64,000 bases of DNA from Amoebophrya sp. A120 (GCA_905178155.1 CAJINV010000005.1:612564-676563), one strand, 5' to 3'. Shown: positions 1 through 12,970, numbered from the stretch's first letter. Numbers and translations: made by a program. The notes: generated from the letters alone by a model not told the origin.

Positions 1-671
1 TCTCCACCAGCTCGGTAGAAATGCCCTGAAGAGGCATTTCCGGCTGGGATGCGCTGCGGATGCGTTTTCAATGTGCTTCCGGCTGGGCTTCCTTGCAGCT
101 GGAAACGCACTGCGGCACGACAGCAGAGGCAGTGTCTTTCTCAGTTGATACCGAAAACGCCTGCGCGCCGTCGCGGCAGGTGAACTCTGTGAAAAATGTT
201 CCTTCTAGCGCAAGTTTGCGATGTCACACCCAGCGGGCGAAGCTATTCGAATCTCGTGTGGCTCTACATCTTCTCCTTCTTCTGCAAGAATTGCGCCGCG
301 GTACTCCGGCCTAGTTGCGCGTCGAGGAGACTCGTGCTGCGCGACATGCAGTCGTGGTGGCACAGGCACGCCCTCAGGTTGTCGTACAGGAAATGCGTGG
401 CTGTCGTTCGTTTGACACGTCGAGAGGTGTGGCGCGGAAGTTCCGTACGCTGCTAGTAAAGCGGCCACTTCGCTTACACTGGGTCCACAGCTCGAGGGCG
501 TTGTCCAAGACTTTTCTTGCCGCGGCTGCGCCTCGTCGGATATGCATTTTCGCAAAGGTATCGCGTACACTTTGAACGACAAAAAGACGAAACAAAAGAA
601 ATCTACTTGTCATTCAAAAACAAGTATCGAAAAGCGTTATTCTCACTTTCTAGCCCGTCGAGAAAATGAAC

Positions 672-3600
672 TCAACCTGGTCTGCTTAGCCTGCACACTC
701 TGCTGAAGTACACGATATCTTTGTTGTTCCAAAGGATACCGTGGTCGGAGGACATTAGCTGTGGATCGCTCAATCCCAGCTCCGCAAGCGCCGGGATACT
801 CACGGTGGGGAATACAACAGTGCTCTCTTCAACACCGCCGGATGGTGCGTCTTTCCCTTTGCATACTGTGGTCATAGCGTTGATACTGTCACCGGCAGTT
901 TCATCTGCCGGGCCTGGTGCTCCAGGAACAAGTGCTGCAACAGCAGGATTTATTTCCATCATCTCCACCTTTTCGACAGAACCAGAAGCCTCCTCGAGCA
1001 CCGGATGGACGATCAAGTCCTCTTCTTCTAGTTCCGACGACAGCCGCCGCCGCAATGCTTCGTCTCGTCCGTGAAATCCCCCGAAAGAAGGAGCTCCTCC
1101 TGCACGACCACTAGGAATGTGTATGTCCTCCTCTCTCTGCATGTGCTGCAAGCTGCTACTTCGCGTCCTCAGTCTCGATGTCGGACCAGAAACCTTGCTG
1201 TTCACGCAAACAGGTGGATCATGCTCGTCATCTTCTTTATTTCCAATGAGAGATTTTGTCTTGTCTGTCATTTGTGGCGCTAGCAGCACACCAGCAGTTG
1301 GGCGTCGTGCCGAGGATGGCACAATACAATTCGGCATGTTGAAGAACATCGTTTGTTGCTGCAGCGGTACTAGCAGCTCTCGACTAGTCCAGGAAGGAGG
1401 CGGCGGCGAGGGCCCGGTAGTGTCTTCTCGCAACAGGCCGCGACTGACGGGCACCGCAGGGTGCGACAGACGACCTACCGGCACACCAGAGCTAACCGGG
1501 GACGCAGCAGCGGCGAAGCCTGGCGGCCGGACGCTGGCAGTACCAAGCTGTAGGTGCGCGTTGAGAAGCTGAGATGATGAGGAAGAGGATGAAGTTGAAG
1601 AGTTGTTGTGTAATGTTTTTGTGTAGCAGTGGTCTTGTTTACATTTACTCCCGGCCCCGGCCGTCCCGCGATCATTGATGATCGTAAAGGCAGCAGATGG
1701 TCGCGGAACCAGAGAAAAGCGCCGCTGATGAAGATCTACCGGCGTCGTGCCTGCAGTAAAGCCGGGCAGTAGCAGCTGAGCGACATTTTCCTGCGGTCGT
1801 TTGTCTGCTGTCAAGAAACTTGCCGTAGAACCCGCGCGAGGCAAGGAGAGACGGCTCACCTGCCGAGGAAGGTTACCAAAAAATGCAGCGGAGGACAAAT
1901 TTTGCAGCAGCAAAGGCCTCTGCCGCTGCAACTGTGAAAATAGCACGTTATTTACTTCGTGATCTTCATCTTCCACGTGCGGGGGAACTGTAGCTCCTTG
2001 GTGCGCCTGCAGTTGCTCCCGAGTCTGTATGCGGCCAGCGGATTTGCTCCCTTGGAGAGTTGTTACAGCTCTGGTAACAGCTGGAGCCTCTGGCAGGACC
2101 TCCGATGGTATCATGTCACTCGTCGATGTGGTTCTCGTTGTTCTATTACCAGCTCCTGTTCCGCTTGCTTTTGGAAGGCCCATCGGCGAAAAGTGCTTCT
2201 GCAGATTATGCCCCGCAGGCGCAATGTTCTTAATGCGAGTCTTCGGCTCGAAAGCGGGCAACTTCTTAGTCAGGACATTCAGCTGCGCTGCTGATGTCGC
2301 TCTTGCAGATTGCAAGGTACTAGAAGGCATGACCTCCGCTAGTCCTACTTCTGCGGGACATTGCAGCCCTAGCTGCACTGGTGCGCGACGACAAGCCGTT
2401 GCAGCTTCTACTCCTTCCGCCCTCTGTTCTGCCGGGCCAGCCGGAGGCGGCTCACCGCTTCCGACGGTTGCGACGAGGCCCTTTGGTGCTCCTGCAGAAG
2501 AACACGCACTGGTCGGCACCGGTCGCGCTCCCAGCGTGCGCCGGAAAAACGTGCTGGAGCTCGATGGCTGCAAAAGCGGTGGTCGTTGTAGTTGCAACTT
2601 CCGGAAACCTCCGGTCAGCCCCGCCGAGAAGGCCCGCTCGCGGGTCGTCGATGACGAGGATGTGCTGGCGTTTTGGTTTCTTGGACGTCCAATTGCAGTT
2701 CCTGAGGAGGTCGAGGAGATGTTACATTGTGGGACTCCTCGCCCAGCAGCTATCTGCAAAGGGCGGTTCAAAAACTCGACTCTGCAGGAGGGTTTTGATT
2801 CAGATTTATTCCATTCGTGTCCATCATCTTCTCTTTCTGCACCAGTGCAGCTGCTGCAAGCTGCTGTGTCTTTTGTCGTGTGGGCGACAGAGTGCGGCGG
2901 CTCTGCAGGCCGTGCCGGTGCGTGATGTGCAGGACGCAGCACCGGACCAAGATTCTTGTCTTGGACATGTAAAAGTTGTGCAGGAGAACGCAACACGTGC
3001 GCGTCGTGGAACCCGGAGGCTACCGGTTTCATGAGCGGGTCAGACCCGTCAATGCTTCTTTCGTCGGCAGTGGAAGACGACGAAGCGGTGTTTTGTTCAT
3101 CTACAGGAAGAAGTTGAGGTTCTTCTTCAAAATCAGCTACTACATCTCGTTTTAGTTTCGTGACTCCGGCGGATCCACGTCGATCATTTCCAACGAGAAC
3201 AGCGGTGTCGTCGTGGTCGTCCCGCCCCTGGTAGTCGACCACTGCGTCATCCACTTCTATTTTGCCCAAGAGTTCCTCGTCCCCCTGGCTTCCTCGTAGA
3301 TGCAGATCCACAGTCGGACAGGAGGACGGACCACTGCCGCTACTCTCACTGTGACCGATGCGGCTTGCTGCCTCGACAATCTCCGGCGCACCTTGCTCAT
3401 CTTTATTATACTCCGCTACAACAGGACGAGGGATCACTGCCGGCGCTAGTTGTACTTCTTCTTGGTGTTGAACTTGAACATGGTGAGCATGATCATCATG
3501 CAACTTGCTCTTCTCACCCGTGACATCACCGCTTTCTTGCCCGCCCTCCGGCAGGATAGATTTTTCAGGCGTGTTGTTCATCTTTCCCGGACTTGTATGA

Positions 3601-4437
3601 AATGCAAAAGCATCGTACTAGTATAAATCGCATGACAAATTTCGTCAGCATGAGAAAGAAAATTTGTAATGGGGATTTGACTTGAGAAAGAAATTTGTAT
3701 TGCATGAATGCGATTAGTACGAGTACGATACTTTTGCACAGGATAACTTGGTCGGGGCCGTATCACGAGCCGTTTCAGGGGTGGGCTCAGGTTCAGCGCG
3801 GGCATCTTTCTATGGAAGCGTCAGGTTTCTTCAAATCGTCAAAGTTCAAATAATTTGTAATGCATAAAATGCGTGACCCGAGACACGTGCGTTGCAGAGC
3901 AGGCAAGTGAGGCCGATTGTAAGCCTGTTTGGGGTTACAGCTCGAGCTGCTAAAGTAGCATGAGAAAATCGCTCTTCTTTGCCTAAACAGCATGACAAAG
4001 TGGATTTAGGGACCACCGAAGTTTGTCTTGCGCCACTTAGAAACTGGGTTCCAACTGGCATCCATTTTATGCATGACAAATTATTTCAACTCTGTCGATT
4101 TCAACTCTGACACATCCATACTTTCTTGTGGCGGGGTAAAAGACCGTCTTCAAGGCGGGTGGCGGCAGCAGGACCGCCGGCACTGATGATGGGCAAAAGT
4201 ATCGCACTCGTACTAATTACAATTATGCATGACAAATCTTGCTCTTAAGGTAAAACAGCATGACAAGTTCCAGTTTTCATGCTGAGCAAATTTGTAATGC
4301 CATTTATACTAGTACGATACTTTTGCAATGCATAGTACTGATGATGGGACAACTACAGGTGATGCAGCTGCGTTCGGCGGAAGCAACTGATGCCGGACCA
4401 CCTGCTCCCGGTGGGGCAGCGGCGCGGGGGCAGGCAT
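672..4437 (-). CDS. Low-complexity hypothetical protein (~1,046 aa) interrupted by 3 introners
   Basis: ORF 672..3581 extends in frame to an ATG at 4437 (MPAPAPLPHREQ...LVIRPRPSPGKMNNTPE) after removing 3596-3750, 3811-4125 and 4194-4348; the remaining 3,141 nt is divisible by 3. A further 3' exon (374-570) via a GC-AG intron is possible but unproven. Confidence 0.7.
3596..3745. mobile_element. Introner family A (150 bp), TSD ACTTG
   Basis: ACTTG|TATGAAATGCAAAAGCATCGTACT...AGTACGATACTTTTGCACAGGATA|ACTTG; excision restores the frame. Confidence 0.92.
3811..4120. mobile_element. Introner family B (310 bp), TSD CTTTC
   Basis: CTTTC|TATGGAAGCGTCAG...CTGACACATCCATA|CTTTC; closely similar copies at 21075 and 27784. 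Confidence 0.92.
4194..4336. mobile_element. Introner family A in reverse orientation with an atypical 12-bp direct repeat
   Basis: Reverse-complement homolog of 3596-3745; flanked by ACTGATGATGGG at 4182-4193 and 4337-4348; left TAT terminus missing; removing 155 bp restores the frame. Confidence 0.85.
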
Positions 4438-5677
4438 TCTGATCTTTTCGAATGCTGATATACTTGTTAATCAGAAATAAAATCACGAATCACCGTCTCG
4501 TTGCTGTCATTCCGTGTACGCTGTGCTGCGCGGAAAGGAGCGAATCTGCGAGACAAAAATCAAGCTCTTCTTGCAAATTATGGAAACGCATCAACAAAAC
4601 TCCACCCAGCTCACTGCTCCCCACTTTTGGTTCCCGCTGGTGCGCTTGCGCAGAGAAGGCCGCTTGAAGATGACACGTAAAATCACAATCAGCTAAGCAG
4701 TGGCAGTGGGCTCTTTGCATCACAATTTACTTCTTTCACGCAGAAAAAACACTCAGAATTCACCAGCATTTTTACTCTCGGCAGCTACTAACTTCTGTCG
4801 TTCTCAGGCGTTCTTTGTTTCCTCGGTATGGCACTTCACAACGACCTTTTTTCTGAGCAGTGCACACTCGTCACAGCACGTCAGACAAAGATTGATACAA
4901 CCGACAGGATCCAGAACATAAGCTTGTCGCACGACACGACACGCTGCCACAACTTCTATGTCATTCATAGGGGCGCTATCACTAAGCAACGATGACCACG
5001 AGAGGTAATTTGATATCGCTGGTTTGCCTTGGCATTCGATTTTTGTTTTTCGAAACAGGATGCATTTTTCTCTTCATCAAATTCAGTATCATCTTCAGCT
5101 CTTCTGCTGTTGAGCGCATCTTCATCATCAACGACCGAAAATTGAAACCTGAATTGTTTTCGTTGGTAAAAAGAAGTTCGAGTTCATAGTTATCTTTCTT
5201 TCGCCCTAAATCTGGAGGTTTTTTGCACTACTTTTCCAGATGTTGCGAACGGACTACAAAGGAAAAATATCGTGAAGCTCAAATAAATCTGCCATTGTTT
5301 GTAGTTCCCCCGAAACAGTAAACAGCAAGTTCTCCTTCTCGTCGTAAAACGGTAATGTTTATATCCTCAGTTTTCATCGCGTTCATTGTAAGTTACTTAA
5401 GCAAGGACGAGAGATTCGTCGGCGTTGTGCGGTGGCATTTGGTTAAATTGTGTAAAGATCACAAAAATTCATATAGGTGAAAAAGTCAGTGTAACATTTT
5501 TAGTGCTAATTGCAGCCCTGACAGTACTAAAAGTTTATATAGCAATCTGGCTTTGGCATAGAGGCAGTCATCAATTTCCTTTTTTCTTTAAGGGTTTTGT
5601 ATCAGGTTGACATAGCTTCTGTTGATAGATGGTGTTGCTTTTCATTTTCGTACAAGAAGTCGCACGGTGTTGCAGCT

Positions 5678-6806
5678 TACTAAGTGGAAAAATGTCTGCA
5701 GCAAAAAAAATCAAAGTTTTTGGTAGGGCAGTTTGTGCCCTTCTCTTCTCGCCCGGACTGCAGCGCGCTGGTGAGCGCCGTGGCCTTCATGCTTGGGAAC
5801 TTGACCGAGGTGCTGTGCTCCATTCCTGCTGCGTCGTTTGGTCGAAGCTCCAGCGCGAGCTTGAAGGCCCCCTAGTAGTCAGCCCAAGCCTTAGTCCTCA
5901 CACTTCTCGTTCTGGAAGTAGTTCCTTTGGTCATGATGCTCCTGTCCAGCATGCCGCGAACCTCAGCCAGGTACTTGGGCGTGAAGCCCCTCCCGCCAAA
6001 AGTGGCAATTTGTAATGCAGGTCTCGCGTTACAAATGGCCTTTTCTTCTGACCCGTTCTGGGTCAGCTTTCTGGACCGCATCACAAATCTGAGCTCCTGA
6101 ATCGGCAGAATGCCGTGCTGTGAGGGTTCAGATTTGTGATGCAAAACGTGGCTCCGCGAAAAACGTCTGCACCTCGTCCAGTGAGGTCCCCAAGTGAGGT
6201 GCAGACGTTTTTCGCGGGAGGGGGGGAAAGTGGGGCCCATAGCCCGTGTTTGTCTGCGCCGCGAAAAACGTCTGCACCTCCGAGATCGGCCTCCAGATGA
6301 GGTGTCCTCGGACACCTCTTCGGAGTCGTCCCGAGTCGCGGACCTCCGGGGCGACAAATTGCGGCCGCCCTTTTCGCAGGGCCCCGACCTGTATCGAGCT
6401 CAATTTGCCGGCAAAAGCCTGCAACTTGAGCTCATCCCCGAGTCGACCTCCTCCGAGGCCGCGAGGTTTGAACAAAAAGCGAGTCTGTTCCTCAGCAAAT
6501 TCACCCCATTCCCAAACAAGATATGTACGCGGTAAATCGTCAGGAATCAGGAGGGGGTGTGGGAACTTGAAGAACTACAACTGCGAACCCGGGTGGACGA
6601 CGTCCACCGATACCGACGCACCGAGTCCCCCGGTGGCTGAGTTGTCTCCTCTGTTTCGTCCGCCGAGGCCTTGCCGGAATACCTGGCCTACCCATTCCCT
6701 TGATTTTGTTTCATTTTGAAAAAAAATAAACACACAAGCAGGCGCCCGACTATGTAGGATGCAAAAATTTTGATTTTTTTAGCTGCAGACATTTTTCAGC
6801 TTAGTA
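5678..6806. mobile_element. Intergenic non-autonomous DNA transposon (MITE-like, 1,129 bp), ~45-bp TIR, TSD CAGCT
   Basis: CAGCT|TACTAAGTGGAAAAATGTCTGCAGCAAAAAAAATCAAAGTTTTTG...CAAAAATTTTGATTTTTTTAGCTGCAGACATTTTTCAGCTTAGTA|CAGCT; GC-rich interior with several hairpins; no credible ORF. Confidence 0.9.
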
Positions 6807-7589
6807 CAGCTAGCTCTTCTTTGATAAGCAGGTAAAATTTCTTCCTAGCTCAGTACTGGTTAGTGGAAGCGCATTTAGATGAAATTACTAGTGTACACCA
6901 CATTCGTTTTGTTGCTTTGTGAAGCTTGTTGTTCCACTTATGGCGTTTTGGATTTTGACCGGAAGTCATGACAAACAAGCTCCTCGTCCATTGTTTTCAA
7001 AAATGTTTTCTATTCATTCTCTAGAATCAAAATTTTTCTCGCCTGCTTAATTCGCTCACTGTATCGTACACAAACGTCTTCGTTATCTGCTAATGAGTTT
7101 GAGTTCTCTATTAATTTGCAAACAATATATTTGCAGCAATCGTCGCATCGTGCACCAGAGTTTACGGCACAACGAATATTACACTAAGTACATTCATCTG
7201 CGATAAAACCTCCCTCCTTATGGCTTGTAGCCCTGCCGCAGCATCACGTCCACGAAGGAGCACACCTGATTCATATATGAGTACATTCATTTTATCTTTC
7301 GCAATTTCTCATGCGCATTCATATACACCTTCGGGTACGGATGCAGTAGAGCGGCCTTGTTTTAGGTGTGTAAAACCAAAACGAAAACTTCATTTAGAGT
7401 CCACATACCGGTCCCTTCAGATTGTAAAACAGCCGCTCGTTTTGCTTTATGGCAAGCTCAGGTGGGAATGTCTCAAAAATGGAGCAGGTTTGGTGTGCAA
7501 CATGGTTGCCAAAGACCCAGATCACACAGAGAAAAATTTGTTGTATCTCTTACTCTTAGGTCCTGACGCAATTACATGCAAAAAAAACC

Positions 7590-8187
7590 TGTTCCACATT
7601 CGAGAAATTCCACCTTGGTCCGCTGGCATATGGTTGATCTCCTTCTGGTACGCTCGGTTCCAGCGCGGATTCGTTATGTGCGTGAGGTCGGAATACCTTT
7701 TTGATTTTGATGCCGGTGCACAAACTCTTGCAACCAGTTGCGACGACATCTTGATGTCACTCCTCGTCGCGGTAGAAACTCGATTGCACATGTTGCCTGT
7801 TGGCGACTTCTTCGAAACAATGGTCTTATTTTGCATCGTTTGAATAAAGGTAGAACGACATTTTTGCCTCGACCTGCAGTTCAAGAAAGACACAATAAAC
7901 GTCGTGGCAGAACCTCCACAAACAGTAATATACTCGCCAATCCCCTTTCTTCGGTTGAACCCTTGTCCGCTCTCCACGCTCGGTGGCAACTCCTGGCCCT
8001 GGAAGTCGGTTTTCTGCATGGTAATTAAGCCGGACTTCTGGTCGGTCACAAACACATCCGTTTGGTGCGTGATCGGGTTGTAGGCAAACATCGGTGGTCG
8101 CCGCGGTCGCGCCGCGTCCCAACCGAGGCAGTACCGGTAGGGAAAGTTGTTCGTGGTTGGGATCCGGGCCTTCTGACGCCAATATTC
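7590..8187 (-). CDS. Hypothetical protein, partial model with GT-AG introns
   Basis: Exon EYWRQKARIP...PMFAYNPITHQ...RRKGIGE joins YSDLTHITNPRWNRAYQ across a GT...AG intron; both ends of the gene are uncertain. Confidence 0.4.
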
Positions 8188-8861
8188 CTGATACAGTTTT
8201 AGATTCAGTGACTAGATTGTTGATCACATAAATTGCTTTTGATCAGAAAGATGGTTTGCAAAACCAAAACATCACACATCCATGCTCTACAAAGAAGCTT
8301 TATTCGAATCGAATCTTATCTAACTTCTATGCTTGCACAGTATGAGTTGTGTCGAATAAGTGTTGTATAATTGATGTACCTTGTAGATCTCTTGCTTCTT
8401 TGGGCTCAGGGTCGACAGCTGCCGCACATCCCAGTCTGCGTAGGGCGGACGCTCCGGGGACTGCTCCGCTGGGTACTCCGAGTAAGTCGCGACGGATCGA
8501 CAAGTATACCACGCTCAGAGGATGTGAGAATTTACTTACACAGTCACGACAAGGTTGCATATTTTGGAGGCATTCGCTTTCATCTGTATACAGGACTGCG
8601 AATCGCCTCGGGCGTCGTCATTTCATGACCATCATGACGCCGGGGTGATTCGAATGCGACATCAACTCTGTAAATGTTTATACATACATCAACTTTCTTG
8701 CCCTACGGCGTTTCACTGTACCGTATTGCATGGAGGCGATGCAATTCCACGTGCACAACCGCGGTACTGACCGCTTCTAGTACAGCACTAAGCGCATGAT
8801 TCTGCCTCACAAGCGAACCGTCTCTGCCTTGTCACTGCACAGGACATCATACATTATCACA

Positions 8862-10635
8862 TCAGCTGAGTGGGCGATAACTAGAGAGCGCTGGATCGGC
8901 GGAACGTGTGCGTCCGCGGGCAGATTCCGTGACCACCTGAGTAATTGGGATTTTTGGTGATATTAAGAGGACGAAATGCAAACGTAGTTCATCAATATTG
9001 TAGGGCTACACGAAACCAATTTTTGTTTTGAAGATGAACCATACAGAAAGAACATATATATTACCGGTTGCCGACTAATTGGGAACCCGTTTTTTGCGGT
9101 CGTGTCCATTCCGTACCCGCCACTGCCGTAGTCGCGATTCAGCTCCGCCCGGTCTTCCTGCAGCACCGGCACGCGCGCGTCGCGCCTTTTGTTCGCCGGA
9201 TTCGTGCCCCACTCGTCCAGGTACACCGATTTTTTGTCGTCCTTGGACTTGGTCATGAAGAGGTTCCCGGCGGATTTGGGGCGCATCAGCTCCCGGGGCT
9301 GGAAGGTGCCGTCCAGGTTGTCGTACCCCTCCAGCTTCGGGTACTGGTTCTCGTAAATCGGGACCGGCGGCCCGTAGCTCGCCTTGCCCAGATTGTACAT
9401 TTGGTGCAGGGAGGTGATGTTGGGCCGGTGCACCGGCCGGGGGGTTTCCATCTGGGTTCGCACCTCCGGGTTGTTCAACTGCAGATCGATCATGGTAGTC
9501 GTCACCGGGTTATGAACTGCAAAAGTATCGTATTCATACTCGTATAAATGCATTACAAATTTTCTCAGCATGAGAAAGAAAATTTGTAATGCGGATTTAC
9601 CTTAAGGAAGAGATTTGTAATGCATGATTGCAATACGAGTACGATACTTTAGCACAGGATACGGGTTGTGGTACGTGTTCTTGTTCGCGTTCTCGTCAAA
9701 GTTGGCAAATCTCGGGTCGTCCTTGTATAACAGTGCACAACTCCCCCTCCCCCTCATTTGTAATGCAAAATACCCAAGTCACCCTTTGCCTCTTCGCAAG
9801 TTCTGGCTGCCCAAATAGCATTATCCTCTTGTACAAATTTGTTATACAAAACCGGCAGTCTTGCTGATGCTTGTATTGCCGTTCATGCTATACAAATGAG
9901 GGGGAGGGGAGTTGTGCACTGTTATACCTTGTAGTACTCCTTCATGAACTCCTTGTTGTACTTGCTATGCGGGGGCGCGGCCCGTGACTGCAAGTGCGGT
10001 TCCTCGACCACAACTGCTGGGTGGCCACTGTTCATCATTCCTGTGCTGGTCCGCGACTTGTAGTGCCCAACACCCCCCTTGCCGGACAGGTCGGCGTGCT
10101 TGTTCTGCTCGGAGGTCGGCGATGGCGCCATACCGGGCGGCGTCAGCGGTGGGGTCCCGGGACGGTGCTGGACAGCAGAGCTACCGCCTCCGATCATAGC
10201 ACCAGAAGTTGATTTCGAGGAAGTGCTGACTCCTTTGCCGATCTCGACCTGCTGTTCTGCCGCTCCGGGAGAGGTGACCACGGGCAAAGTGTCGACTTCC
10301 ATAGATACGTCGCCGGTCGTGGTAGCAGCTCCCTTCTTCTGCACCATCTTCGGTCGCAACGGGGCCGTCACGGGCCGCTTCTTGTGGTAAGTCGGCGCGA
10401 ACACCGCGGTTCTTGGCGGCTGGTCTGTCGCGGTGTGGACGATCTCGCTGTTGTGCATGTGGCGCTGGGGCCACTTCTGGCCCCCGGAGGTAGAAGATGT
10501 GGTCATCGTTGCGGTGCGCGGCCGCTGCGCTCGTGCACCGGAGGCCGGAGTTCTCGCGGACGGCTGGGACCGTGCGGAAATGGTCACCGGGGCCGCGGAA
10601 AAAGGCCGCGGGTTCACAGAGGGATTCAGATTCAT
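8862..10635 (-). CDS. Hypothetical protein; 2 introners plus 1 GT-AG intron
   Basis: ORF 9922..10737 joins ORF 8963..9571 through the exon DDPRFANFDENANKNTYHNP after removing both elements; GT-AG intron 8937-9064 leads to a stop at 8862. Start could be 10635 or 10737. Confidence 0.7.
9511..9661. mobile_element. Introner family A (151 bp), TSD CGGGT
   Basis: CGGGT|TATGAACTGCAAAAGTATCGTA...TACGATACTTTAGCACAGGATA|CGGGT. Confidence 0.92.
9726..9926. mobile_element. Introner family C (201 bp), TSD CCTTG
   Basis: CCTTG|TATAACAGTGCACAACTCCCCCTCCCCCTCATTTGTA...TACAAATGAGGGGGAGGGGAGTTGTGCACTGTTATA|CCTTG; ~36-bp TIR. Confidence 0.93.
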
Positions 10636-10736
10636 CCTTTCTTTCGATATGGAGGGCTGGGTTCTCTCCTCACTTTCACAACCACCAGCCCATCGGAGAT
10701 AGCAAATCAATTTGACAGAAGTTTGTTGTTTCACCA

Positions 10737-10980
10737 AGCTTGCGAAAAGCTCAACAGACCAAAAAGCTCTGCCTACTGGTTTTCATTTTCGATATAATGG
10801 GAAAAGAAATGTAAACAGTCATCAAGTTTAGCCACAGTTTTTCATTTGTGGTGACACAAACCGCACTAACAATTGTCCTCCGACGCTCACGGTGAAATAC
10901 CTCTCTATATTGCTAGTCTGTGTTTTAATTCTCTCAGTTAGAATATCCTCAACACTGACGAAACGACGTTTGGCTCTCGA
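10737..10980. repeat. Upstream-region duplicate, copy 1 (copy 2 at ~12971-13222)
   Basis: AGCTTGCGAAAAGCTCA(A/C)CAGACC(A/G)AAAAGCTCTGCC(T/C)ACTGGT and AATTCTCTCAG...CGACGTTT blocks recur in the same order. Confidence 0.8.
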
Positions 10981-11279
10981 GCGACTCATTTATGTTCATT
11001 TTACCGAAACTGACAATTTCAAATGAAGGAGAAAAGACATCGATCAGAGACCTGCCTGAGTGAGATACAGAAAAGTACAAGTCGTGCCACCGATGGCGGT
11101 AGCGTTGAACCGGTTCCTCGCCGCCGGATTCGGATAGTCACAAAAAGTTCATAACGAAGCTCAAACATACCTGCTTGCACTGAAAGCATCCCGCCTCAGT
11201 TATCTACTATTCTGCAAAGAAGGTGAAAGTAAGGATTTGTTTGATACGAAGACCATTAGTCGAAGGTTGAGTGAACTAC

Positions 11280-12587
11280 TTACAATCCCACGATCCGCGT
11301 CTGAGTCGATTCGACGGACCGCTCGCTGACGGTGCCGCCGCCGGTGTCGGTACTCAAATTCGACATGTTGTCATCCTGGCGGCTGTTCGGTCCCCGGACG
11401 ATCCCCATCTGCCGATTCGCAAGTCGCCTTTGCTCTTGTTGCACTGCACGCACTTCCTCTCCGAGCGATTCCCGGAAGGCTCGCTCTTCCTCCTCACGAG
11501 CTGGTGCTCTCGCTTGAAATTCTGCCTCGTCCTGCCGATTCTGTGCGACCTAGAAAAAGTGTGACGATGATTAATAAAGCAAGTCGTGCTCGTGTGCAAC
11601 CACATGATAACTTCCTGACTTTCTTATTCATAATCGTACAGCAGAGGCATAGGCATTTCCAGATTCACAGCAGTACGTAAGCACCCACAACCACATCTCG
11701 TTGCCGCACTACACCTCGCAATGCGAAATACAAAGCAAGAACAATTTAGTCCACGTGGTCTTCATGTAGCACGTCTAGTACTCTAACTGTATATCTAAGT
11801 CTTAGTACTACAAAACCAAACGAGAAGTACCCGTGTCATGGCAGTCTGCTGGAGAAACTCGATCTTCTCCTGCACTAGCGGTGACGGGTTTGTCAGCCCC
11901 AACTTTCTCACCAGCTCCGCAATCTCCTCTTCAGATCTGGCGTACTGGAGAGCATCCATCATCCTCTTCTGCTCGGACGACACTTGCAGTCGACCGGACG
12001 CCTTGGATGCGGACGAGTCCTGACAGGAAAACCAATGACATTGAGCGATGGTCTAAACTACATGAATTCGACGTTATAGGATGGCATGTTGATTTTGTTG
12101 CTGGTCATGGTCGAATATGCATCGGTGTAAAGATGTGGCAGCACTGATTCGATGCCGAAAATTGACAAAGGATAGACGTGCTCGACGCGAACCAAGAAGC
12201 TTCTACTACACAAAGAAGATGTTGCATTGCTTTGGCTACATAATCAAGTACCCCGCCCCTCCATCGCGATCTCGCCGCTGATAGAGCCCGTCCGAAGGCG
12301 CTTTGTTCACCCAGGAAGGACTCCGCTTCATCCGTAAACTCGCCACTCGTGCCACCATTCTGCGCTTTCTCTGCGACCACGTCTCCACCGCCGTCGACTT
12401 GTGCTTGTGCATTCGTGCTTTGCGCCTTCCCCATAAGACACAAGTTTGCGCCGCCGCCACTGCCCAGGCACATCTTCACGCTGGTTTTCACGAACCGGGG
12501 TACCACGGCCGAGCGGGAGCGCCCTGTCGAGCTCTGGTGGTGGAGATTGCGTGCGGGTAGAGTTGAAGTTGTGGCCTGTTTTTGCAT
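11280..12587 (-). CDS. Hypothetical protein with canonical introns (5' end uncertain)
   Basis: Exons ~12240-12587, ~11831-12020 (SSEQKRMMDALQYARSEEEIAELVRKLG) and 11280-11549 (VAQNRQDEAEF...RIVGL*); the last two are joined by a GT-AG intron. Confidence 0.5.
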
Positions 12588-12807
12588 TCACATACTCTAC
12601 TCATTTTAGCTTTCACGAACAGATCATCGACGACCCTGTGAACGCGTAATATTCGAATCAAACACGATATCGATATCAAAGTCTACTACTGGTCCTTGAC
12701 TTTTGTTTCTAGAAAGGAACACCAAAAATGCATAGAAAAGTACGACGCGGCTGTGCAAACGGGAACCGTAGAGGATTTGGTCCTCGACCTCTCTTGTTCT
12801 TCCGTTT

Positions 12808-12834
12808 GTTGGTTGGTTGGTTGGTTGGTTGGTT
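12808..12834. repeat. (GGTT)n microsatellite
   Basis: About 6-7 tandem GGTT units. Confidence 0.9.
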
Positions 12835-12970
12835 CGTTGTTCGCGTGCGTGCTCGTCGGGCATTCCCGTTGGTCTTGGAGACTGCAGGGGGACCGCGGAG
12901 CACGACGGCAGTTTGTTGACACCGCGGAGCGAATTCATTTTCCACAAGTTTCGTTGTTTTTTTCGAACCT

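Noticed and set aside
60-3034. Plus-strand ORFs (e.g. 2029..2925, 2381..3034) and similar ones opposite other long CDSs
   Set aside because: Antisense shadows of GC-rich minus-strand coding sequence with no recognisable domains.
12808-12834. (GGTT)n as a telomeric repeat
   Set aside because: Short, internal, and not the TTTAGGG/TTAGGG type; treated as a microsatellite.
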